Shown: positions 27,824 to 35,662 of the stretch, piece after piece
Layout of the letters: every line of letters starts with the position of its first letter
Numbering within the stretch: the first letter of the stretch is position 1
Notes under the pieces: model-generated
Database searches by the model: none
What the model was told of the DNA's origin: nothing
Seen by the model: the letters and a program-made list of their open reading frames with translations, nothing else
Made by a program: the position numbers and the translations under genes
DNA from: Patescibacteria group bacterium
GTDB taxonomy: Bacteria; Patescibacteriota; Patescibacteriia; Patescibacteriales; WJLG01
Assembly (NCBI GenBank): GCA_028707065.1
Contig: JAQTUZ010000004.1
Location: 6,656-70,655, forward strand
Direction: 5' to 3'
Length of the DNA stretch: 64,000 nt

Positions 27824-28240
27824 TTAGCTTTCCAGCCGCCAGTTTTTCCCGTTCGCGAGAAGATCATTGATATCCTCTTTGGAAAATATCTGTTCGGAAA
27901 AACTTGCGTCCTTCTGCAGTTGCGACCAGTTTCTCAATAGTCCGGTCAGGGAGAAGAAAATAACCGTTGTCGGATATTTATCCCCTTCGATTTTTGCAAT
28001 CGTTCTGACTTTGACGGTTACGCCCTCGTAATCGACGGCGACTTTTACACTGTCGCTGTAGAATTTTGTCCCCTGGATTTCGGCCCGGATTCCAATCTGG
28101 CCTTTAAGTTGAATGAAGCTGTAATAAGCTTTGAATCCGTAAAAATACATCTTCGAATCTGACATGGAAAATGCACTTTCCTCGGCCGACACAATTGATA
28201 CAACTGAAACCAGCAGCGAAAGCAGGCAAATCCGGAACAT
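27824..28240 (-). CDS. small secreted protein, paralog 3 of 3
   Basis: Signal peptide MFRICLLSLLVSVVSIVSAEE, SD AGGAGG, and C-terminus …DINDLLANGKNWRLES. Confidence 0.6.
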   Translation of the reverse strand: MFRICLLSLLVSVVSIVSAEESAFSMSDSKMYFYGFKAYYSFIQLKGQIGIRAEIQGTKFYSDSVKVAVDYEGVTVKVRTIAKIEGDKYPTTVIFFSLTGLLRNWSQLQKDASFSEQIFSKEDINDLLANGKNWRLES

Positions 28241-28347
28241 AAAGCCTCCTGTAAAAATGGTTTATATGGGTTATTTAGGTTGTTTTTAATGTTCATTCTC
28301 GTACTTTTATAATAGCATATTTTATATAAATTGTCAATAAGAGCTGA

Positions 28348-28375
28348 TTGACACTAATGGCCGATTTGCTATACT
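28348..28375 (+). promoter_or_regulatory. consensus sigma-70 promoter (TTGACA-N16-TGcTATACT)
   Basis: Read directly. It lies ~175 nt upstream of the MBL hydrolase gene. Confidence 0.6.
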
Positions 28376-28440
28376 TATTATAGGCAAAATGGGTGCCTAT
28401 TTTTCAATTTTTAGGTTGATTTTACTAATAAATTTTGGGA

Positions 28441-28535
28441 TGTAATACTAATCCACGAATACATACTAATCTGACGAATATTTTTTCAACAAGCATTCGT
28501 TATATTAGTATGTATTCGTATTTATTAGTATTACA
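28441..28535. repeat. ~95-bp AT-rich imperfect palindrome, copy A (words AATAC/TACTAAT/CGAATAC)
   Basis: TGTAATACTAATCCACGAATACATACTAAT… pairs with …ATTAGTATGTATTCGTATTTATTAGTATTACA. About 90% identical to copy B. Confidence 0.9.
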
Positions 28536-28549
28536 TTTAAAATAATATT

Positions 28550-29200
28550 ATGATGATAAGTTATTTAGGACAATCGTGTTTCAAACTTCAGGACAAGCTC
28601 GGACCGGAAGGCGTGACCTTGGTCACCGATCCGTTTGATAAAGAGCTGGGTTTAAAAGTCCCGAATTTTGAAGCTGATATCGTAACCGTGAGCCATCAGC
28701 ATCACAATCATAATAATGCCGCGGCTTTGCGCGGCAATCCTTTTATCATCGACACGCCCGGAGAATATGATATTAAAAACGTCATGGTGCAGGGCATTAA
28801 AACCTGGCATGATGCCAAGGGCGGCGCCGAGCGCGGCGAGAATATTGTTTATCGGATTGAGATGGATGATTTGACCATCGTGCACTTGGGCGACCTCGGC
28901 CATATATTAACCGATGAACAATTGGAACAGTTGGACGACGTCGATATTTTGTTTATTCCGGTCGGCGGAAAAGTTACGTTGGATGCCAAAGCGGCCGTGG
29001 AAGTTATCGGCCAGCTTGAACCGCGGATCGTCATTCCGATGCATTATAAATTATCCGGCGCCAAGGCCGATCTTGATGCAGTGGAAAAATTCATCAAAGA
29101 ACTGGGAGTCCAGCCCCGCAAGGAAGAAAAATTGAAAGTCGCCAAGAAAGATCTGCCGGTTGAGGGGATGGAGCTTGTTGTTTTGGATGTGATAATGTAA
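28550..29200 (+). CDS. metal-dependent hydrolase, MBL fold (UPF0173-like)
   Basis: MISYLGQSCFKLQ…, HQHHNH-type metal motif (VTVSHQHHNHNN), …IVHLGDLGH…, 216 aa. Confidence 0.8.
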   Translation: MMISYLGQSCFKLQDKLGPEGVTLVTDPFDKELGLKVPNFEADIVTVSHQHHNHNNAAALRGNPFIIDTPGEYDIKNVMVQGIKTWHDAKGGAERGENIVYRIEMDDLTIVHLGDLGHILTDEQLEQLDDVDILFIPVGGKVTLDAKAAVEVIGQLEPRIVIPMHYKLSGAKADLDAVEKFIKELGVQPRKEEKLKVAKKDLPVEGMELVVLDVIM

Positions 29201-29288
29201 TACTAATCCACGAATACATACTAATTTCGAATATGTTTTTAGCAAGAATTCGTCATATTAGTATGTATTCGTATTCATTAGTATTACA
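29196..29288. repeat. ~93-bp AT-rich imperfect palindrome, copy B
   Basis: Starts within the stop codon of the MBL gene, in the same orientation as copy A. Confidence 0.9.
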
Positions 29289-29318
29289 TTTAAAAAGTAA
29301 ATAAAAGAACAATCATTT

Positions 29319-29651
29319 ATGTCAGTGGAGGAAAAAAAATCAACCCCGCCGGCTTCTTCGCCGAAAGAAGAGCGGGATAAGCATAACGCGCTCTTGGCCG
29401 GAGTTATTTTTTTCATGCTGCTGATTATTATTTTGTGGGCGATGAATTTGAATTTGGTTTTTAAGAGCGCTTCCCCGAAGCCAAACGATCTGGCCAATAT
29501 CAATCAGTTAAGCCGGGATTTTAAAAAGGCTTTCAATCAGGTGGGAGCAAAAATCACTGAGTTGAAGAATATCGACTCTGCCGAGCTGCAAAAATACGCG
29601 GCGCAATTTTCAGCCTCCAGCTCCCTGGCCACCACTACGATTAAAAAATAG
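29319..29651 (+). CDS. single-pass membrane hypothetical protein
   Basis: 110 aa with one TM helix (LLAGVIFFMLLIIILWAM). No family recognised. Confidence 0.45.
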   Translation: MSVEEKKSTPPASSPKEERDKHNALLAGVIFFMLLIIILWAMNLNLVFKSASPKPNDLANINQLSRDFKKAFNQVGAKITELKNIDSAELQKYAAQFSASSSLATTTIKK

Positions 29652-29677
29652 ATTTTTACTTTTTAATTATTTAGGAT

Positions 29678-32443
29678 ATGCCGAAAAACAAGAAACCCGC
29701 GAAATTATCTTCCGTCCGCCCTGGGCGGACTACGGCGGACAAGCCCGCCTCCGCCAAGGCTACGGCGGACAAGGGCGGAAAAAAGCATAAAGTCGAGAGA
29801 AAAGAGGAGAAAGAAAAGAAAGTGGATAAAAAATCCATAGCTATTCCTGTTGGCGAAGTTGCGGCCGATAAAGCGGAGAAGAAGCAGCCTAAGCTGGAAA
29901 ATCCCGTTTCCGCCAAGGCTATGGGGGACAAGCCGGAGGACAAGGGCGAGATGGTCGGGCTGCAGCCTAAATCCGGCATGGGACAATCACGGACCATGTA
30001 TGGCTTGGTGCAAACCCAGCCGATCGTCGAAGAAATGAGCCGGTCATATTTGGATTACGCGATGAGCGTAATTGTTTCGCGCGCCTTGCCTGACGTCCGC
30101 GACGGCTTGAAACCGGTGCACCGCAAGATTTTATACGCGATGTGGGATATCGGCTTGCGCGCCGGCGGTAAATTTAGAAAATCAGCTACGGTCGTCGGCG
30201 AGGTCTTGGGCAAATATCATCCGCACGGCGACAGCGCCGCTTATGAATCGATGGTCCGCATGGCGCAGGATTTTTCCATGCGCTATCCGCTCGTCAAAGG
30301 CCAGGGAAACTTCGGTTCGATGGACGGCGATTCGGCCGCGGCCATGCGTTATACCGAAGCCAAGCTCTCGGCGATTTCCGAGGAGATGCTTTTTGATATT
30401 GATAAAAATACTGTTGATTTCATACCGACTTATGATGGTTCGCATCTTGAGCCGAGCGTTCTGCCATCCAAATTACCCAATCTTTTATTGAACGGCACCA
30501 TGGGCATCGCCGTCGGCATGTCCACGGAAATCCCGCCGCATAATTTGCGCGAACTTTCCGACGCCATCGCTTATCTGATCGAAAAACCGGATGCGACAGT
30601 CGAAGATCTCTGCCAATTCGTCAAAGGCCCGGATTTCCCGACCGGCGGAATTATTTATAATCAGAAAGATATCGAATCGGCTTACGGGACGGGCAAAGGC
30701 GGGATCGTGATGCGCGGCGTGGCCGAGATCGAAGAAATGAAAGGCGACAAATTTCAGATCGTCATTTCCGAAATACCCTATCAGGTTAATAAGGCGACTT
30801 TAGTGGAAAAGATCGCCGAGTTAGTGACAGAGAAAAAGATCGATGGCATCCGCGATTTGCGCGACGAATCCGACCGCGAGAAAAGCGTGCGCATCGTGAT
30901 TGAATTAAAGAAAGATGCTTATCCGAAAAAAGTTTTGAACGCCTTGTTCAAGATGACCGCCCTGCAATCAACCTTTCATGTCAATATGCTCGCCTTGGTC
31001 GACGGCATCCAGCCCAAGGTTTTGAATTTGAAATCGATTTTGGAAGAATATATCAAGCATCGCGAAGTGGTGGTCAGGCGCCGGACGCAATATGATCTGG
31101 ATAAAGCCAAGGATCGCGCCCATATTTTGGAAGGCTTGGTGATCGCTTTGGAAAATATCGATGCCGTCATCAAGACGATCAAAGCTTCCCGCGACAAGGA
31201 TGACGCGAAAATAAATCTGATCAAGAAATTCAAGCTGACCGAACGGCAGGCGATCGCCATTTTGGAAATGAAACTCCAGCAATTGGCCAATCTGGAAAGA
31301 TTGCGCGTCGAGGAAGAACTGAAAGAAAAGAAAAAATTGATCGCCGAATTGGAAGCGATCTTAAGATCAAAAACTAAAATATTAAGCATCGTCAAAACGG
31401 AATTGAAAGAATTGGCTGATAAATACGGCGATGAGCGCCGCACCCAAGTCGTCGCCCGCGGCGTTAAGGATTTTAGCATTGAAGATCTGGTGCCGAACGA
31501 AGAGGCGATCGTGATGATGACCCGCGATGGCTATATCAAGCGCCTGCCGCCTGATACGTTCAAACAGCAGGAACGCGGCGGCAAAGGCGTGATCGGCTTA
31601 TCGACCAAGGAAGAAGATACGGTGGAATTCATGTTCACCACCATGACTCATACTGATCTGCTATTTTTTACTACCAAGGGGCGTGTTTTCCAATTAAAGG
31701 CTTATGAGATTCCCGTGGCCTCTAGAACGGCCAAGGGCACGCCGATCGTTAACTTCCTTCAATTATTGTCCGAAGAAAAAATAACTTCCACTTTGCCTTT
31801 GGACAAGATCGTCGGCGCGGAATATTTATTCTTTGCCACCGAGCAAGGCTTGGTGAAAAAAGTCAAGCTGGAAGCTTTTGCCAATGTCCGCCGCTCCGGA
31901 TTGATCGCCATTAAAATAAAAGGCGAAGATAAATTGATCTGGGCCAAGCCGACTTCTGGCACTGACGATATCCAATTGATCACTTCCGAAGGCCAGTCGA
32001 TCCGTTTTGCCGAAGATGATGTTAGAGAAATGGGCCGCAATGCCGCTGGCGTCCGCGGCATCCGCCTCAAGGGCAAGGATGTGATGGTCGGCATGGGCGT
32101 AATTTCCACTGATAAAGAAAGAGTGAAAAAATATCAATTGATCAGCATTATGGCCAACGGTTTTGGCAAGCGCTCGCCGCTTTCTCTCTATAAAGTTCAG
32201 GGCCGCGGCGGTTCAGGCATCCGCACCGCGCATGTCACTGACAAGACCGGCAAATTAACCAACGCTTTCGTAGTCAATGCCGAAACTATGGCTGACCGCG
32301 ACCTCATTATTATTTCTGAAAAAGGCCAGGTGATCCGTCTGCCGTTCAAGCAGGTTAACGAACTCGGCCGCGACACCCAGGGCGTCCGGGTGATGCGCTT
32401 CAAGGAAGAGGGCGACAAGGTCGCCTGCGTAACCTGGGCCTAG
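29678..32443 (+). CDS. gyrA: DNA gyrase subunit A (start ambiguous; possible ~100-aa Lys/Ala-rich N-terminal extension)
   Basis: [33 protein letters not shown], the active-site region AAMRYTE, and C-terminal beta-pinwheel repeats. Alternative in-frame ATGs at 29951, 29978 and 29996 would give a canonical N-terminus. Confidence 0.95.
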   Translation: MPKNKKPAKLSSVRPGRTTADKPASAKATADKGGKKHKVERKEEKEKKVDKKSIAIPVGEVAADKAEKKQPKLENPVSAKAMGDKPEDKGEMVGLQPKSGMGQSRTMYGLVQTQPIVEEMSRSYLDYAMSVIVSRALPDVRDGLKPVHRKILYAMWDIGLRAGGKFRKSATVVGEVLGKYHPHGDSAAYESMVRMAQDFSMRYPLVKGQGNFGSMDGDSAAAMRYTEAKLSAISEEMLFDIDKNTVDFIPTYDGSHLEPSVLPSKLPNLLLNGTMGIAVGMSTEIPPHNLRELSDAIAYLIEKPDATVEDLCQFVKGPDFPTGGIIYNQKDIESAYGTGKGGIVMRGVAEIEEMKGDKFQIVISEIPYQVNKATLVEKIAELVTEKKIDGIRDLRDESDREKSVRIVIELKKDAYPKKVLNALFKMTALQSTFHVNMLALVDGIQPKVLNLKSILEEYIKHREVVVRRRTQYDLDKAKDRAHILEGLVIALENIDAVIKTIKASRDKDDAKINLIKKFKLTERQAIAILEMKLQQLANLERLRVEEELKEKKKLIAELEAILRSKTKILSIVKTELKELADKYGDERRTQVVARGVKDFSIEDLVPNEEAIVMMTRDGYIKRLPPDTFKQQERGGKGVIGLSTKEEDTVEFMFTTMTHTDLLFFTTKGRVFQLKAYEIPVASRTAKGTPIVNFLQLLSEEKITSTLPLDKIVGAEYLFFATEQGLVKKVKLEAFANVRRSGLIAIKIKGEDKLIWAKPTSGTDDIQLITSEGQSIRFAEDDVREMGRNAAGVRGIRLKGKDVMVGMGVISTDKERVKKYQLISIMANGFGKRSPLSLYKVQGRGGSGIRTAHVTDKTGKLTNAFVVNAETMADRDLIIISEKGQVIRLPFKQVNELGRDTQGVRVMRFKEEGDKVACVTWA

Positions 32444-32517
32444 CCCCCCTCCTTTCGAAGGAGGACCCCCCTCCTTTTCAAGGAGGGGTTTGGGGGTGGT
32501 TCTGGGGGTGGTTCTGC
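32444..32517. repeat. GC-rich palindromic element, intergenic reference copy (two hairpins plus a GGGGGTGGTTCT x2 tail)
   Basis: CCCCCCTCCTTTCGAAGGAGG, then CCCCCCTCCTTTTCAAGGAGGGG, then TTTGGGGGTGGTTCTGGGGGTGGTTCTGC directly after the gyrA stop. Confidence 0.9.
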
Positions 32518-32567
32518 GGGGAGGGCGGGGGCGATTTCAGATTTACGATTTTCGATTTTTTTGTTTT

Positions 32568-32601
32568 GGCAGAATCTCCTCTCGGGGGATTCTGCCCTTT
32601 T
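32568..32601 (+). terminator. intrinsic terminator downstream of gyrA
   Basis: GGCAGAATC-N11-GATTCTGCC followed by CTTTT. Confidence 0.7.
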
Positions 32602-32664
32602 GTCCGGCGTGCTCATAAGTATTTTAAACAGTATAATATAATTGAATAAAACATAAAATAAATT

Positions 32665-33003
32665 ATGAATTCGATCTTGGGCGCGTTTTTGATCGGTATC
32701 GGGTTGAGCGTGATAACGGTTTTTGCCGATGCCTTGATAAAACATGCCTCGCTGCAAAATGCTTTTTCCGGGTGGCGAACGCTGATTTTGGGCGCGATTA
32801 TCTATGGCTTAACCGCTTTCGGCTGGTTTTTTACCATGCGGAAAATAAAACTTTCCACGCTCGGAGTTTTATACGCGGTTAGTTGCGTCATTTTGCTGAC
32901 TTTAATAAGTATGTTTTATTTTAAAGAAAGAATATCTCCTTGGGAAATTAGCGCTATAATTTTGGCGATTTTTTCTCTGATCATCCTTTTCCGTTTTGCT
33001 TAA
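32665..33003 (+). CDS. 4-TM small transporter (SMR/EamA-half, ArnE/F-like)
   Basis: 112 aa with four predicted TM helices and the general pattern of SMR-like small membrane transporters. Confidence 0.55.
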   Translation: MNSILGAFLIGIGLSVITVFADALIKHASLQNAFSGWRTLILGAIIYGLTAFGWFFTMRKIKLSTLGVLYAVSCVILLTLISMFYFKERISPWEISAIILAIFSLIILFRFA

Positions 33004-33015
33004 ATTTTTTCAAAA

Positions 33016-33047
33016 TAAAAAAGGGCGGAATTGTTTCCGTCCTTTTT
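33016..33047. terminator. bidirectional terminator between convergent genes
   Basis: A-run, GGGCGGAA-TTGT-TTCCGTCC (one mismatch), then T-run. Confidence 0.65.
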
Positions 33048-33052
33048 GTAAT

Positions 33053-33943
33053 TTAAAGTTTTTCCTGTCCTAGAACCATCGCCTCTATTTCTCTTTTTTT
33101 CTTTTCATTACGCCGGCCGATTTCTTTCCCTAATAAGGAAAGTATGATCGCGGCTCCGATCGCCAAAAGGTAAACGAATCCGTTAAGCCGGGAAGAATAA
33201 AGGATGGCAAAAAAGCTCACAACTACGCCCCACCAGAAAAGAGAGTTATAGAATAAGGTCTTTACTTTGGCATCGACGCAGGATTGTTCCCCTTTTCCCG
33301 ATAAGCAGAAGATTAAAATGCCGGTAGCTGTTAATCCCAGGGCGGCGGCAATCGCCGCTCCTCGCCAGGGAATGTCCAGAACCGGCTGGCCGAATCCCAG
33401 CCAGCCAAGGTAGATAAGGTAGATCATGACGAATAAACCCGCGGAAATTATCAGTAAACTCGAATAGTTCAAAATCTGGGGTGGGAGCAATTTGGCGACG
33501 CGCAAGAAAATTATCAAGACCAGCAAGGCGAGAAAGATCAAACCGATCCGCCCCTGGTAATTGGGAAAAATTTTTTCTTCCGGTTTGACGTGCCGGGGAT
33601 AGATTTTTATCTCGCCATCCATCCCTTCAAGCTGGACTCCGGGTCCTTGCCGGACAATGTCAGTTCTGGCGATGACGCGGGCAAGATCAATACCCCAAAA
33701 TCCCGCCGGGTCATAGACCGTGTCGAACAGAGCGACGCTTCCGGTCGATAATACTTTTTTGATCAGCGCGGAATCAATATCGATCGCGGTAATTATGTCT
33801 TGGTGGCCGTCATAGTAAAGGTGATATTTACCCGGGCCGGTTGGGACAAGCAAAATTCCGTTTTTTTCCGGCGCGGCTGAACCGAAAACTATTGCCGCCG
33901 CCAAAACGGTGATAATCAGAAAACTTCGCGATAAAATAATCAT
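33053..33943 (-). CDS. membrane protein (N-terminal exo-domain plus ~5 TM helices)
   Basis: 296-aa ORF with a signal/anchor, a ~130-aa soluble region, then multiple hydrophobic helices. No family recognised. Confidence 0.55.
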   Translation of the reverse strand: MIILSRSFLIITVLAAAIVFGSAAPEKNGILLVPTGPGKYHLYYDGHQDIITAIDIDSALIKKVLSTGSVALFDTVYDPAGFWGIDLARVIARTDIVRQGPGVQLEGMDGEIKIYPRHVKPEEKIFPNYQGRIGLIFLALLVLIIFLRVAKLLPPQILNYSSLLIISAGLFVMIYLIYLGWLGFGQPVLDIPWRGAAIAAALGLTATGILIFCLSGKGEQSCVDAKVKTLFYNSLFWWGVVVSFFAILYSSRLNGFVYLLAIGAAIILSLLGKEIGRRNEKKKREIEAMVLGQEKL

Positions 33944-34129
33944 GGCCCAACTCCTTTCGTTTAGTGGAGGTTGTTAAAAGAACATTTCGTTCAATATTAC
34001 GATTTCTTCAATCTTCTGTCAATCTCGGGACTTTGAGTTTTAAAAATGATATAATCAATATTAAGCAGCAAGGATATTTTTTCGTTGCGCGACAATGTAA
34101 CAATTTAGCAATCTAATAATATATTTTTT

Positions 34130-35080
34130 ATGAAACATTTTTTAATTTTCGGAGGAGCTTTTTTATTGATTTTAATTTTAGCGGTAGGCACTGTCAGGTT
34201 TCTTTCCGGGCCGGAGGATACTTGGCTTTGTCAGAACGGCGCTTGGGTCAAACATGGTGTTCCGGCCAATCTTCCGACTGGCATCTGTTTGTCAAAGGAA
34301 ACCGGCGGTGTGGTCCAAACCAGCACGACGACCGCGCCTAATCTGCCGACCGCCGATAATGTGGCCGCGGAAATAACCATCAGTTCCCCCGCTTCGAACG
34401 GGATCGTTTCCAGCCCGCTCTCGATTGCCGGCGAGGCCAGGGGAAATTGGTATTTTGAAGCTGTTTTTCCGATCAAATTGATCGGCGAAAACGGCCAGGT
34501 GATCGCCCAAGGGCAGGCAACCGCCCAAGCGGATTGGATGAGTCCGGACTTTGTGCCGTTTAAGGCCGAGCTGAAATTCGATCCGGGAACTTCGACGATC
34601 GGCATGCTGGTTTTTGCCAATGATAACCCGAGCGGGTTGCCGCAGAATGAAAAACAATTCGGCGTTCCAATCCGTTTCAGTAACGTCCAAAAAATTCCCG
34701 TCAAGATATATTTTGGCAATACGCAGCTGGACAGCGGCTCAACCGATTGCAGCCTGGTTTATCCGGTTGAACGTTTGATCACCAAAACTCCGGCCGTGGC
34801 CCGCACCGCTTTGGAGCAACTGCTGTCGGGAACTAACAGCGCGGAAAAAATCCAGGGATATTTTTCTTCGATCAACCCGGGAGTAAGCATCAATTCGATC
34901 ACCATCGAGAACGGCACGGCTAAAGTTGATTTTGACGCCGAAATGCAAAAGCAGCTGGGCGGTTCTTGCCGTGTCACCGGCATCCGTTCCCAAATCACCC
35001 AAACCCTGGAACAGTTTCCCACCGTCAAGGAGGTGATAATTTCCGTTGACGGCAACGTCGAAGAAGCGTTGCAGCCGTAG
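34130..35080 (+). CDS. secreted protein with Gmad2 Ig-like and GerMN-like domains
   Basis: ITISSPASNGIVSSPLSIAGEARGNWYFEAVFPIKLIGENGQVIAQG… is Gmad2-like. VKIYFGN…CSLVYPVERLI…ALEQLLSG… is GerMN-like. Confidence 0.65.
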   Translation: MKHFLIFGGAFLLILILAVGTVRFLSGPEDTWLCQNGAWVKHGVPANLPTGICLSKETGGVVQTSTTTAPNLPTADNVAAEITISSPASNGIVSSPLSIAGEARGNWYFEAVFPIKLIGENGQVIAQGQATAQADWMSPDFVPFKAELKFDPGTSTIGMLVFANDNPSGLPQNEKQFGVPIRFSNVQKIPVKIYFGNTQLDSGSTDCSLVYPVERLITKTPAVARTALEQLLSGTNSAEKIQGYFSSINPGVSINSITIENGTAKVDFDAEMQKQLGGSCRVTGIRSQITQTLEQFPTVKEVIISVDGNVEEALQP

Positions 35081-35112
35081 TCGCGTCTTTCAAGAATTTT
35101 AGAAATCAGCTT

Positions 35113-35143
35113 AACCGGCGGATTGATTAATCGGCCGGTTTTT
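35113..35143 (+). terminator. intrinsic terminator
   Basis: AACCGGC-N14-GCCGGTT followed by TTT. Confidence 0.6.
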
Positions 35144-35662
35144 ATATTGATTACTTTTTCGTTTTGTGGTAATATCGTGGGCAAAAGAGATATACTTAAT
35201 TTTTTGACTATTTTTAGCTAAATTATTAATTATATTTCGGCGCGATCTTTGACAATTTTTTTCTAACATTGCCAATAATATTGACTTAAATAATCATCCT
35301 AAAAAAGGAGAGAGAAGTATAAGCCAAGAGTAAAGTTGAAGTCAGCTTGGTGCGTTTTTTCATCCTCTTACCATTTTCGGTTAACGAGGATTTTCTGACA
35401 GACGGCTGTCAGCGCGGTTGCGTATGTTTCACCTAAATTTTTCGGAGGAATGAAAAAGAGATAAACAGATGATTTGCCGCTTTCAATGGTTGAGTCTTGG
35501 TCGCCGGTCGGCATCAGGACAAGGGAGGCGGCCCTCACCTTAAACCCGGGACTTTTCCCAATTCGGGACGGTTCTTCGAACCGTTGTTTTCCGGCAGATA
35601 TTTTCGGACGGTTGTTATTTGAATTGTTTTTTACCTTAACTGAAATTTCCTTGGAGGCAATT

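Noticed and set aside
28380-28404. Hairpin ATAGGCA-N7-TGCCTAT-TTTT right after the promoter at 28348-28375, considered as a transcription attenuator.
   Set aside because: The predicted transcription start falls inside the left arm, so the hairpin would not be fully transcribed from that promoter. Its function is unclear and it is not reported as a feature.
29671-29997. Antisense ORFs (108 and 93 aa) opposite the 5' end of gyrA.
   Set aside because: The region is a low-complexity GC-rich repeat that is open in several frames, and the peptides are Ser/Gly/Leu/Phe-rich with no start context.
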